64,000 nt of DNA. Origin: Octopus sinensis (taxonomy: Eukaryota). Location of the stretch: the NCBI RefSeq assembly GCF_006345805.1, contig NC_042997.1:25048001-25112000 (forward strand). Direction: 5' to 3'. The notes below the pieces were generated by a model. That model did no database searches. It worked only from the letters and a program-made list of their open reading frames with translations, and had not been told where the DNA came from. The position numbers and the translations under genes were made by a program. Of the stretch, positions 26,307-40,149 are shown in pieces; within the stretch, counting starts at the first letter, position 1, and each line of letters opens with the position of its first letter.

Positions 26307-26526
26307 CCCTTTAGTGTTTAAACCGGCCATATCAGGCCAAAATTGTCTTCCTGTTTTATGCTCAAACCAGCCAGCTCTGACTTCTCCCACCTACCCTACA
26401 AAGTCATTCTAAAAATAAACAGGGTCATCATCAAAATCTCAGAGTTACAAGATGCTGTACAATTAATTTAAAACAATGTTATTAAACAGGCTTTACATCT
26501 GACAGAGTAATCTGAATTCTAAAGGG
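26307..26526. mobile_element. piggyBac-type MITE
   Basis: TTAA TSD at 26303-26306 and 26527-26530; TIRs CCCTTTAG / CTAAAGGG. Confidence 0.85.
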
Positions 26527-27574
26527 TTAAAGAAGAAGGTTTTGTATTCTAAATTGCCTTCGTAATCAAAGTAATTTTATGGATGAAATCCCAAAATGTG
26601 GGAACTAAAAGAGAAACATAAAACAAGTTCAGATAAATGTATAACTAAATATAACAAAAATGAATCTATATATGAAACGAAGTATCGCAATCATAACCGT
26701 AGTGAATCTCATATTAGTGAAAATTGCACTTCTTTGGTTAAAATGTATAAAATTTAATTCCCAGTATTTCTCATTCTGTGCAGTAAATTCAATTTCAAGT
26801 GCACGCCAATAATTTTGAAGTCGAACATAATATAATTAAAAGTGAAGTAACTAGTAAGATCTGTTTTATATTGATTAACTTTGGCAACAAATGCGTTTTA
26901 CTTTCAACCATTGTGAAACATCTAGTACAGTGACCAATGGCATCTTTCTGTACACATCATTCACTCTATCTCTCTCTAAAAATAAATGAAAAATAACTGA
27001 AAACATTGTTTCGCAGTTTCAGACAATATCCTTGCTACTCACATACATAACAAATGTGTGAAAGTGAATCAATGTCACATGAGCTTTTGATATCGATGTT
27101 CTAGAAAAAACAGTAAAATTTCCCGTAAATCACATACCACTACATGCAAAACTATAAAATACACACGAGGAAATTTAGTCATTAATGCAACTACAAATGG
27201 AATGCTTTTTACTAACAGATTTTCCCAAGCGTTGACCTGAGTTTAAATAACAATAGCAACAATACTGCCCAAGCTTCATGAATTGTTCTAGTATTCCTTT
27301 GTCGCTTCTCCAAAAGTGTGAGGAAACTCTTATTCTTATTATGCTTATATGTATGGGACGTAGGATGATAATGCTGAAACACTTACCAGGTAGCTTACAA
27401 ACGAAAGACTATTCGCTGTTTTCGTAAACATTCATTCATTGTTATCAGACGCGCTTTTTCTTCTTTCCTACATTCCCCCAGTCCTATAATACCGAAGAAA
27501 CATGTAAGACTATGATTCACATTCGTGCATAGTCTCACTACATCGAAATCGCTCTCATTTTCTTTTACTGTTCA

Positions 27575-28010
27575 TAGGCGCAGGAGTGGCTATAGGCACA
27601 GGAGTGGCTGTGTGGTAAGTAGCTTGCTAACCAACCACATGGTTCCGGGTTCAGTCCCACTGCGTGGCAACTTGGGCAAGTGTCTTCTACTATAGCCTCG
27701 GGCCGACCAAAGCCTTGTACGTCGATTTAGTAGACGGAAAATGAAAAGAAGCCCGTCGTATTTATGTATATATATATGTGTGTGTGTATATGTTTGTGTG
27801 TCTGTGTTTGTCCCCCTAGCATTGCTTGACAACCGATGCTGGTGTGTTTACGTCCCCGTCACCTAGCGGTTCGGCAAAAGAGACCGATAGAATAAGTACT
27901 GGGCTTACAAAGAATAAGTCCCGGGGTCGATTTGCTCGACTAAAGGCGGTGCTCCATCATGGCCGCAGTCAAATGACTGAAACAAGTAAAAGAGTAAAAG
28001 AGTAAAGAGA
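27575..28010 (+). mobile_element. SINE family D
   Basis: As 8085; duplicated 5' ataggcgcaggagtggct segment. Confidence 0.9.
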
Positions 28011-28867
28011 GTAGTAGAAAATAGCCTGCAACTCCAAATCCTAAATGTTCATGTAAAGGGCATTAAACTGGATGTGAAATTAGAAGTTTTGAGGCGGCAA
28101 ATGTTAGTCTTATTTGAGTACATTTCTCCAGTTTGTCCACACCTATGAAATAAAATATCCCATGACACCTCATTTCAGCAAAGAAAATACCTCATTCAAA
28201 AACTACATAAATAATTAGTAAAAAACACGGAAATATGTTTGTTATATGGATGGAACAGAAAATGTAACGCACCCCGCCTCTAAGAAACACCAAATGCAAA
28301 AGAAAAGAAAGAAAAGGTAAAAGAAAAGAGAATAGCATCGTCAGACATCACGTGGTAATTCAAAAGCGTTCACCGCTGACATCCGTAAATTTGATGAAAT
28401 TGCAAACACATTCGTCTCGGTGGAAAAGTTATTTCTCCAGGTACTTAAGAATATCAACGAGTTTGAATGAAAATATCCAATAATCTTTCCTAACTTAGAT
28501 GAAACGCATCTTTTCAGAAAAGAATTGTATACCGTACTGTTATTTCTCAGAAAGAAAAGAAACACTTCTGGGTGCCTGGTCTGAACACTACTAGTTGGCA
28601 TTAAAGTCCCAGGAAATTTGAGGCTGCAGCCTGTATGCTTTTATCACATAGAAAAATAACAAAAAGGATATTTGAAATACATACGATTTTGGTTAAGAAA
28701 TAGAAGAAAGCTTGTTGCGGTGGTCAATACAGATTTCCACCCAATGGCTTGTGCTGTACAAGTTTTCTCTCTAGAGAATTGACATGGTGAAGAAGAATAA
28801 AAATAATTATGGAGAAAAATAGATAAATTCCTTGAAAAGCTATTAAAACGACGTTATTCCGAAACTA

Positions 28868-28945
28868 CCAATCAGAGAAGAAAAGACACAGCCTGCACGT
28901 ACATCCCAGATATATAAAACCTGTCCCATTTCACTACATTTCAAC
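28868..28945 (+). promoter_or_regulatory. CCAAT + TATA promoter candidate
   Basis: CCAAT 28868-28872, TATATAAAA 28911-28919, pyrimidine-CA initiator-like TCAACT at 28941, about 30 nt downstream of TATA. Confidence 0.5.
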
Positions 28946-28982
28946 TCAGAATTCTGTAGGGCTGTGTATTAGTGATTAGATG
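28943..28982 (+). CDS. Candidate exon 1 (5'UTR ending in ATG 28980-28982) of unrecognised secreted-protein gene
   Basis: ATG|GTATTT donor directly after the start codon; phase 0 fits next exon; donor is weak. Confidence 0.35.
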
Positions 28983-30672
28983 GTATTTAGAACTGAATAA
29001 TTTAAAGTTAATTAATGTTGATTAATTTGATTTATTTTAATGAAAATTATATAAATCAAAATTAAACTTTTTTTTTAAAATTTCATCATATCATGAAATC
29101 ACAATTTGTAACATTACATTGTGTAAGGTTTTCCGATGTTATTCAGTGCTTCAAATGTGCAATAGCAAGTCTCTGAGTTTTCCGTCAGCTGCCAACTTTT
29201 ATCAACGTAATTTGAGTTCGTATCCTTGCTAAAACTAGTTTTTCAAGATTGTATCTTTATTTATGGTGTGTTGTAATGACCCTGCAGACCAGTGCATTTA
29301 TAGGAACAAGCCTAACACGCGAACAGAGGGCTTAATCTGAGCGGGTGTGTATACACTCACACATACACAAACATAAACGCATAAACACGCACAAACATAT
29401 ACATACACGTACACACTTATACACAGATATATGAGCGCATGTTTAAAACTTTCACATCGTAAACACGTGTTTCTGGCCTACACACACTGGGTGGCAAGCT
29501 GAGCAAATGCCTTCTGCATTAACATCGGACCGACCAATGGCTTGTTATTGCAATTAATACGCGGAAAAAGAGCGATAAAGCGTTGTATATACAGGCATGT
29601 GTATGTGTATGTATGTATAGAAGTTTGCATGTAAAAATATGTTTTATATATATATATATATATAGGTACGTGTGTGTGTGTGCATGTGCAGATAGTGATG
29701 CCGATAAATACGGTTAGGTGGATACACACACACACACATACACATGTAGTTATGTGTAGGGGTGTATAGATACCAAAAGTAAATATATTCGGATAAACAC
29801 TCCTGGAGAAGCATTTGAATATTTATGTATGTTGACAAATAAATTTGTTTTACATGGAAAATAAACCCCCTCCCCCCAGAAAACTAAGAGGAGAATGCAT
29901 AGTTATTTTTAACTCGACAGCTGTTTCAAGGGATTCGGAATTACGTAACAGTCGTAATGTTCATAACTAGTTGATGGAATTTGAAAAAATTAATGGATAA
30001 GCAACCGGTACATGGACACAGAGACAATACTATAAGGCTGCTTCCTTTCATCAGGACGAATAAGTGGCAAATAGCTATTTGCCAACTTTTTAGCCTGAAA
30101 AAAACTAAGAATATTTGTGGCGTTTTCTTACCACCACCACCACGGAATTGTACTTGAACCATCTGTCAATACACATATGCACATACATAGATATATGTAT
30201 GCGTATATCCTGTATAACATACGAGAATAAATTCGATAATGTACTGATGTTATCAAAGGAAACAAGAATACCAAGAATTGCGGGGAAAAGAACAAAATAT
30301 TTATGCTTCCACAATACCCACTTACGCAAAAGCACATTGCGCCAATGAATATATATAGATTCAAATAAATGACGTTAGCAGATGTTCTTTCGAATTTTCT
30401 GCTTGTGAATTCTTCAGTTGTCTGTATCCAAAGTTACGAATAGCTACACTATAAAGACTTCTTATTTTGAGTTACATATATATATAACTTTGACTCATGT
30501 ATGTATGTATGTATGTATGTATGTATGTATGTATGTATGTATGCATGTATGCAAACCCACGCGTTGTATATATGCATTCAACTATGTTCGAATGTGTATA
30601 CGCATAAATATGTTCATATATCTATCAATCTATCTATGTGTCAATCTGTATGTCTGCCTGACTGTCTACCTC

Positions 30673-30704
<32 letters not shown>

Positions 30705-30707
30705 CTC

Positions 30708-30764
<57 letters not shown>

Positions 30765-30826
30765 AATATATATATATATTATATATATACATACATGCAC
30801 TCATATAAATACCTACATAATATTAC

Positions 30827-30866
<40 letters not shown>

Positions 30867-31201
30867 TATATATATGTACATACATATATATTTATACATA
30901 TATATATGTATTATATTACACATATATTTATAATACATATATAATATATAATTATATAATCTATATCTATATATATATATATATATATTATATATATTAT
31001 ATATATAACAGCGACGGACACATATGGAAGCAGATATATGCATTTATATATGTTTCTATATGTGTATATATGTGGATATGCGTGTGTATGTATGTCCACC
31101 ACGTGTTCGTCAGCGCATTTGTATGTGCGATCATGTTTCAGCGTATGGGAGTTTGTCAGTACCAATGTTTACTGACCGTATATACACATATCTATTTACA
31201 C

Positions 31202-31232
<31 letters not shown>

Positions 31233-32639
31233 TGTATGTATGTATGTATGTATGTATGTATGTATGTATGTATGTACGTATGTAGTTATGTATGTATGTA
31301 TACATGCTTGCAAGCATGTGTGTATGTATGTATATAAAGATATGTTTGCCAATATAAGTAGTTACATAGAATATGGTCGTTGCCGTAGATGGCTTTGAAA
31401 GCTAATATTTACAAAACGAACAATAAAACTAAAACAACAAACTAGGAAAAAGAAAACAATACAATTAAAAAAAATTGATTTTATCCCAACATCATATTAT
31501 TCATTTATTGCAGATTATCTAGCAAACGTTATTTTCTCATAAGATATTGTAGAAACAATCCTTTGTTTGTGGTTTCATTAAAAGATCTCAGATACAACAC
31601 AATCTCTCACTCCCTTCTCTCGTCTGTCTCCGGCTCTATGTCTCTCTCTCTTGCTCACTGTTTCTCACACCCTTTTCCTTTCATCCGCAGTATGTCATTC
31701 TTATTTACTAGAAAGAAGGTATCGCGTTGTTTCAGCCTTTAATACAAGATATAGCTTCTCATCAAATACAACATGTTATAAAAGCGCCAAACAAGACAAG
31801 AGACATGTCTATTAAAAGCGTCGATTGTTTGTCTTAACTCACCTTATGCGCTAACGTCCGACGTCAGCATATATGTTCTGCACTCAGCAGAGGAACTCGT
31901 CACAAAAGGAATGTTGATGTAAATCAACAAAGTAACATCTGCTTGGCTACATGTCTGCATTTCTGTATGTGTGCACGTGTGTATATATGTAAATGCGCAC
32001 ACACACATACATACCACACACTATATATATATATATATAATATATTAATATATATATATATATATATATATCTATATATATATATATATATAGTCATAAA
32101 CACAAACACACACACACATATATATATCTACATATATAGTCATAAACACACACTATATATATATATAAGATGATATAAGCGTTTTTTCTCTAATCTAATA
32201 TGTATATATATATAGTCATAAACACACATATATATATATTATAATCATAGATACATTATATATATATAGATATATAGTCAAATATATATATATATATATA
32301 TAATACACACACATATATATATATAGTCATATATACATATATAATATATAATATATATATATATACAGTCATACACACACACACACATATATGACTGTGT
32401 GAGCGCTTGCGTGTTTATATATATAATCATACATACATACATACATGCATACATACATGCATACATACATACTGTTGTATATATTTACATACCTATCAAT
32501 CTATCTATCTTTGTGTGTGTATCACATTTATGGATGTATAATATATACATATGAGCTTAGCTCAGTGATTAGGGTATTCGGCGGCTCACGATATTACCGT
32601 CGTGACTACGATTCCCAGTGGCACGTTGTGCTCTTGACA

Positions 32640-32739
32640 NNNNNNNNNNNNNNNNNNNNNNNNNNNNNNNNNNNNNNNNNNNNNNNNNNNNNNNNNNNNN
32701 NNNNNNNNNNNNNNNNNNNNNNNNNNNNNNNNNNNNNNN
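32640..32739. other. Assembly gap (100 N)
   Basis: Run of exactly 100 N; preceded by a truncated SINE head (32560-32639). Confidence 1.
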
Positions 32740-33055
32740 ATGTCCTCCAAACTTAGCCATGCCATATCAGATTTTTGTGAGGCGGAAAGTGTGGATTATT
32801 AAACGATTTCTTTCAGATGTGTACATTAGCACGTAGACATAATGAAAAGTCAGGAATATATAATGAAATGCATAGACTATCACGGTGGGATTTAAACTCG
32901 ATATGTTTGGGGTGGTAAGGGAAGTGTCTCAATGCTGCAACGTATTTAAATAAACCCTTTCTCTCACACTCTTGCTGGCTCTCACTTGATTTTATCCTGC
33001 CATGTCATAACGTTGCCGTTTTTTTCTTCTACTGAGTTCATTTTTCCCCAACATA

Positions 33056-33439
33056 GTGGAGGCGCAATGGCCCAGTGGTTAGGGCAGCGGACTCGCGGTC
33101 ATAGGATCGCGGTTTCGATTCCCAGACCGGACGTTGTGAGTATTTATTGAGCGAAAACACCTAAAGCTCCACGAGGCTCCGGCAGGGGATGGTGGTGATC
33201 CCTGCTGTACTCTTTCACCACAACTTTCTCTCACTCTTACTTCCTGTTTCTGTTGTACCTGTATTTCAAAGGGCCGGCCTTGTCACTCTCTGTGTCACGC
33301 TGAATATCCCCGAGAACTACGTTAAGGGTACACGTGTCTGTGGAGTGCTCAGCCACTTACACGTTAATTTCACGAGCAGGCTGTTCCGTTGATTCGGATC
33401 AACCGGAACCCTCGTCGTCGTAACCGACGGAGTGCTTCC
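33056..33439 (+). mobile_element. SINE family B, full length
   Basis: Near-identical to 1925-2309. Confidence 0.92.
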
Positions 33440-33682
33440 TCCTTTTTATTCTCAACATTCTAATAACCGTTTCTTTCATGGATGCAAGACTAGAATCTTT
33501 AGGGAAAGGGTTTCGTCGATTAACACAACTACATTACTAGAATAAAAATCTTAAAAATCGATACTTGCAAAATAAAATGAAAATTTTTACTTCAGCGGTG
33601 TTTGTGCTAAAAATGTAAAGAACCCAAGTATATACCGCACGAAATTTTTCAGAAGCGTCAACGATTTTGCTGTTCAAGCTGT

Positions 33683-34093
33683 ACTCTTTACTTGTTTCAG
33701 TCATTTGACTGTGGCCATGCTGGAGCACCGCCTTTAGTCGAACAAATCGACCCCAGGACTTATTCTTTGTAAGCCTAGTACTTTTTCTATCGGTCTCTTT
33801 TGCCGAACCGCAAGATTAAGGGGACGTAAACACACTAGCATCGGTTGTCAAGTGATGTTGGGGAGACAAACACAGACACACAAAAGTACAAGCATACAAA
33901 CACACACATATACATATAAATATATACGTATACACGACTGGCTTCTTTCAGTTTCCGCCTACCAAATCCACTCACAAGGCTTTGGTCGGCCCGAGGATAT
34001 AGTAGAAGACACTTGCCCAAGGTGCCATGCTATGGGACTGAACCCGGAACTATGAGGCTGATAAGCAAGCTACTTTCCACACAGCCACTCCTA
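33683..34093 (-). mobile_element. SINE family D
   Basis: Reverse complement of family D. Confidence 0.88.
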
Positions 34094-35164
34094 CGTCTAT
34101 AGTTTTTTTTTTTTTTTACCGCGATATCTAAAAGAATAAATGTAGTTTCTGATTTGGACACAAAGCCAACGATGTTGATGGTTGGTGGATATTCTTCTGT
34201 TGGATCAGTCTTAGTACTTGATTGGCGCTTTATTTTGTGAACTCTGGAAAGAAAGGCAATATGGAACTTGGCAAGATTTGAGCTCAGAATGAAAAAGTCG
34301 GAATTCATGCGGAAGACGTTTTCTTCGATTTTCTAATAATTATACCAATCAACCATTAGCTTTTCACCCAAATAACAACAACAATGTTTGCTAGAAGCAG
34401 AACATTCTCAATTCTTTATTCTAACAAAATGTATATAAAAGCTATAATACCTCACCCAATAAGTATTGATTAATATATTACATATTATCATAAAAGTTTT
34501 AATCTCTAGCGGTGGTGTTTACAAGTTTTCAAAGAGCTAACCTTTTAAAGAGCTAACCGGTGCGACACCCAGGGAGGGTATCTGTATTTCAGCGCAGAAT
34601 AAATATCACAAGGAATATCGTTCGTAGAGAGTCAGATTTTCGATATACCCATCGTTATTTCAATCTTTTTCGAATATATCAGCATAATAATGCAAGCATG
34701 TACATACACGTACATCAACATACACACTTACCTATAGATTTACGAGCAAAACGCTCCCCTGTCCAATGGACGGTGCTGAGTTGTCAAACATTTAAACCCA
34801 ATTTTCTCAAAACAACTTGTACGACCGTCCCATAGGCCTCTCCTTTGAGAAACACTGATTTAACCTACATTTGAAACACCAGCAAAAGAAGAAATAACGA
34901 TAAACTTTTTTTCTATTCACACAAATATACAACCGAAGAGTTTAAAGTACCAGTAATAATAAGGCTGTTGACTGAGAGAACACAAACATGGTTTAAATAG
35001 TAAGCTTGGCAGGAAAGAAACGTGCCTTTAAGCAGTACAAATACAACAAAAAATGGAAGGATGCAGTTATGTAGGTCTACAGGTTTACGGAAGAAAAGCA
35101 AGACAAAAACGGCGTTATCGAACGCATTCTCACCTGGAATCCATTTTGTTATTTTTTCAAGACT

Positions 35165-35580
35165 TAGTGGCTGTGTGGTAAGTAGCTTGCTAATCAACCA
35201 CATGGTTCCGGGTTCAGTCCCACTGCGTGGCATCTTGGGCAAGTGTCTACTACTATAGCCTCGGGCCGACCAATGCCTTGTGAGTGGATTTGGTAGACGG
35301 TAACTGAAAGAAGCCTGTCGTATATATGTATATATATGTATATGTATGTGTATGTGTGTGTGTGTGTTTGTGTGTCTGTGTTTGTCCCCCTAGCATTGCT
35401 TGACAACCGATGCTGGTGTGTTTACGTCCCCGTCACTTAACGATTCGGCAAAAGAGACCGATAGAATAAGTACTGGGCTTACAAAAGAATAAGTCCCGGG
35501 GTCGATTTGCTCGACTAAAGGCGGTGCTCCAGCATGGCCGCAGTCAAAATGACTGAAACAAGTAAAAGAGGTAAAAGAGA
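35165..35580 (+). mobile_element. SINE family D
   Basis: As 27575. Confidence 0.9.
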
Positions 35581-35772
35581 TATCAAATTTGATCGCAATC
35601 GGATGGAGGATGCCCGAGATCCGAGAAGACACACACACACACAAACAGACAGACTGAACGGATTTTATATAGGAGATTACTTGTTGCAGCTTTCGCTCAC
35701 AACTGAGGAAGAATTGCTGCCAATATGTAACATGCATGACCTAATAGTTTTTAGTGCTTATCTAGTTTTCAG

Positions 35773-35830
35773 CTGGACACATCTACTCGCTTTCACATCC
35801 CGCTCTTGATCTTATGGATCTATCTCACAC
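35773..35830 (+). CDS. Candidate exon 2: LDTSTRFHIPLLILWIYLT (signal-peptide-like)
   Basis: Acceptor tagttttcag|C, donor CAC|GTAAGT, 58 nt, phase 0 to 1. Confidence 0.5.
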
Positions 35831-36739
35831 GTAAGTTAATCGAAGGGAGAAAAGTCTGCATGAACATCGGGTTGTTATTTTAGACATTGATTATAGAAAC
35901 AAATAAAAGGATCCATGTTTACATCACTATTATGATCATCGTCATTACCATCGCCACAGCCGCCAATCGGCGTCCTTTTACTTAATACCTGGTCTTAATA
36001 CCTGGTCTTACATTTCATCATATTCATGCATTCTTGATTCATTCTACCTGCTGCTCTACATAAGTCCCAACATGCATGCATACATACATACATGCATACA
36101 TACATGCATGCGTACATACATACATACATACATACGCACACATTGGTACTTACATACATACATAGACACATGCAAACATACGTACGTACATACATACATG
36201 CGTACATATATACCCAGACATATACATACATATATGCACATACGCACCAACATATATTCATATATACATGCATAGACACGTGCAACGCGGAGTAGACGTA
36301 ACAGGGACAACTGAAGAAGGGGAATAGTCCTTGTGTTATATGTCGTGTACTCTGTTTTTTCGTTGTTTGAAAAAAGTGCTCAACTTTTTTTGTTTTGACG
36401 TCCTGTACCCATATATGCATGTATATATATACATATAAATGTAGGTATGTACATATATGTATGTATATATGCATATATTTATATATTATCTATACTATTA
36501 TATCATCGAACGCCACGCATCCTTTTCCAAGTAAGTTTTATTCTACACGCATACATAGATAAAAACTCTCTCATGCACCAAATCTCAATTGCTAAAAAGC
36601 ATTCGTGAAGTAAAATCATGTAGCAACACCGAATGGCGGTGCTCCAGCATGGCCACAGCTCGTGAGCTGAAACTAGATGAAATAAAAAAAAAAATGAAAT
36701 GAAAACATATCTATTTGCAGAAACACGTAAACATATACG

Positions 36740-36957
36740 TGTACACACGCACGCACACACACAAACACACACGCACGCACACACACGCACACACACACAC
36801 ACACACACGCACACACACACACGCACACACACGCACACACACACACACACGCACACACACACACACACGCACCACACACACGCACACACCAACACACACA
36901 CACACGCACACACACACACACGAACGCACACACACACACACAACACACACACACGCA

Positions 36958-36989
<32 letters not shown>

Positions 36990-37020
36990 ACACACACGCA
37001 CACGCACACACACACACACG

Positions 37021-37068
<48 letters not shown>

Positions 37069-37428
37069 CGCACACACACCACACACGCACACACACACGC
37101 ACACACGGCACAACACCACACACACGCACACCACACACACGCACACACGCACACGCACACACACACACAACACACACACACGCACACACACACAACGAAC
37201 GCACACCACACACACGCACACACACACGCAACAACACACACACACACCACACACACGCACACACACACCACACACACGCACACACACGCGCACACACGCA
37301 CACGCACACACACACACACCACGCACACACACACACACGACGCACCAAACACACACACACACGCACGCACACGCACACACACACACACACGCACCACACA
37401 CCACACACACACACACACCACACACACC

Positions 37429-37469
<41 letters not shown>

Positions 37470-37570
37470 ACACGCACACACACACACCACACACGCACAC
37501 ACGACACACACACACACACGCACACACACACACACACGCACACACACACACGCACACACACACACACGAA
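36740..37570. repeat. Very long interrupted (CA)n/(CACG) microsatellite
   Basis: About 830 bp; source of the long VC/HT-repeat ORFs. Confidence 0.95.
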
Positions 37571-38217
37571 CGCAAACACGAATGGAGAACGATGACTGCA
37601 ATGATAGAGAAGATTAAGACGAAACGGATGAGGATGATGTTGATGTTGATGATCATAATGATAATGCTGCTGTTCATAATGATAATGATGAAGATGTGAA
37701 GGAGGAACAGAAAGAGAAACAGTGGGGGTGGGCGACATAAAGCGATTATGACGACGATGTTGATGATCATGAAGACAGTTAGAAAACCAGAATTAAATTT
37801 AAATCCTCTTTAAAAGATATTTTACAACCAATTCCTTGAAATTATTAATTAAGAATAAGAAACAATCAAACATCCACAAAACATCAGGTTTTGCTTTTTC
37901 ACAATATTCATCATCGTTGTCATCATCTTCATCACCATCTTCGTCGTTGTCGTCGTCATCGTTATAGCATTTAATACTGGGCATTGCACATAACCATATT
38001 ATTCAATATTTGGGAGATTCATTCAACTGAACATATTTCATTTATTTAGATTGGGAATAGATTAAAACCAGGAAATATGTTCCATACATCTTTTTAAAAA
38101 TCATAATTAGATACAACTACGTTTTATATTTTTCAATTATATGTTTTCGTACGATGTCTAATCATTTTCTTTTTTCTTTTACTCACAATTGCAGTCACAC
38201 AAACAGACACACAAACA

Positions 38218-38283
<66 letters not shown>

Positions 38284-38402
38284 GAGAGAGAAATGTGTAG
38301 AGTATAATCATATCTATATTTATTGGCCGTGACGTATGTTTTTGCTTAAGTTTGGCATCTTTACGCTTATTCAGACATTAATGAACAGGCAAACCTGAAA
38401 GT

Positions 38403-38443
<41 letters not shown>

Positions 38444-38470
38444 GTGTGTTTATGTGTGTATATATGTATA

Positions 38471-38852
38471 TACAGTGTGCGATGGATAAATTGTCGCCTT
38501 TTTTATTTTTTATTTCATGCATACGCATTCTTTATCTTTGATATTGTCGACTATAGTAGGGTCAGTTGGGCATCGTCTTTGAGAAAAACAGCGCTATGAC
38601 GCAATTCACTCAGCCAGAAATTTGTAAACGACTTACTGTACTGCTTGGCATTCGCACCGGAAACTCCAATACAAACATTTCAGTGTGCTTAGGTGTCGAT
38701 GTGATGACAGTGCAATCTGAGAATATGTACCGAGAGTGATAAATATCAAAGATCCAGTCAGCATCATGATGTTTGGAATGATCACTTGTGATGGCGACGT
38801 TATGCTTGCATTCATATTCCCACACGGCCAAAGACTCAACACGGAGGCCTAC

Positions 38853-38853
<1 letters not shown>
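38471..38853 (+). mobile_element. Deleted Tc1/mariner-superfamily element (possibly maT-like)
   Basis: TA|CAGTGTGCG start; fragments MTQFTQPEICKRLTVLLGIRTG..; [36 protein letters not shown]; cut by (TCTA)n. Confidence 0.65.
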
Positions 38854-38916
<63 letters not shown>

Positions 38917-39025
38917 CTCTATCTCTCTATCTATCTATCTATCTATCTATCATCTATCGATCTATCTATCTATCTCTCTATCTCTCTATCTATCTATCTA
39001 TCTATCTGTCTATCTATCTACCTCC

Positions 39026-39066
<41 letters not shown>

Positions 39067-39139
39067 GTAGGTCCCGGTTGATTCGGGTTAACCACAGTAA
39101 GTAAGGTACTCAATACATAGCAGAGTAAGAGTAAAATTA

Positions 39140-39268
39140 ATTTATTATATAGAAGGAGCTTCTAGGACTAGTACTGTTTCATTCAAGAGAAATCTTCAGG
39201 AGCTTCCTGAAGATTTCTCTTGAATGAAACAGTACTAGTCCTGTAGAAGCTCCTTCTATATAATAAAT
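39140..39268. repeat. 129-bp near-perfect palindrome (PLE-type terminal repeat inversion)
   Basis: Arms are reverse complements except a 2-nt indel (TG at 39242-39243); centre about 39203. Confidence 0.92.
39199..39253 (+). ncRNA. Type I hammerhead ribozyme, intact catalytic core
   Basis: Stem I GGAGCUUC/GAAGCUCC; CUGAAGA 39207-39213; stem II UUC-UCUU-GAA closed by U.U; GAAA 39226-39229; stem III ACAG/CUGU; predicted cleavage GUA after 39245. Confidence 0.8.
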
Positions 39269-39407
39269 ATATATATATATTATATATATATATATATATA
39301 TGTATATTATGTATATATATATATATATATGTAATCAGTAAGACTAAGCACGTGTCTGTCTTGACACAGAGAGCTGGGTTAGTCTTTCAGTTTGCTCTCG
39401 AGGACCG

Positions 39408-39483
39408 AATGTACTGAAGAAGTCACGGACACTTGAATTATGCAAGTAATTCTTTTGTTAAGACCGAAACCGAGGTATGCATT
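39408..39483 (+). ncRNA. Type I hammerhead ribozyme with extended stem II
   Basis: Stem I AAUGUA/UGCAUU; CUGAAGA 39414-39420; stem II A.C then GUC/GAC with ACGGA/UUUGU and ACUUG/CAAGU extensions; GAAA 39466-39469; stem III AC-CGAG-GU; GUA, cleavage after 39477. Confidence 0.65.
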
Positions 39484-39753
39484 TAAGTCTGTTATTTATT
39501 TAATTTTTCATATGTCCTGCCCGCCAAAGTTGGTTCTGGTGTTCGGTGAATTCTTCCCTCTAGAGAATTTCCCTTGTAGTTTGATCGTGATGATCTTCTT
39601 CTAGCATTCTGGCCGGCTACCTAGCAGGCCAGCCCTGCCAATATACACATATATTGAATTTTCTCTGACTCCTCAGATTTTTGAATGCTGGACTACTGGT
39701 TTTAATTATATTAAAATTAATATTAATTTATCTCCCTCAATTTATATATATTA

Positions 39754-39846
<93 letters not shown>

Positions 39847-40149
39847 GTGTGTATGTGGGGGGATGCCTGCAATATTTGTATCTTCTGTTTATATACGTTC
39901 ATGTAATTTGTATTTTGTTTTTGTTGTTGTTTTGTTTATTCTTATTTTGTTCAATGTGTTTACATCCACTTATTATTATCATTACATATGCTTGTAAGTA
40001 TGTATGTATAACAGCAATACTATTAATAATAATAATAAATCGAATCGAATATATATATATAATATATATATATATATTATATATATATTAGTTATTCATT
40101 TCTATTTGTTTATTTATCTGTGTATTTATTATGTTTCCGGGATCCTCTA

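Noticed and set aside
27387-27483. Minus-strand AG..GTAAGT exon-like segment
   Set aside because: Stops in all three frames; could only be UTR and has no linked exons
28341-28440. Plus-frame TSRGNSKAFTADIRKFDEIANTFVSVEKLFLQ with CAG|GT
   Set aside because: No polypyrimidine acceptor and it lies upstream of the candidate promoter
36503-37770. Long 296-411 aa ORFs (VC/HT repeats)
   Set aside because: Translations of a (CA)n microsatellite, open in several frames on both strands
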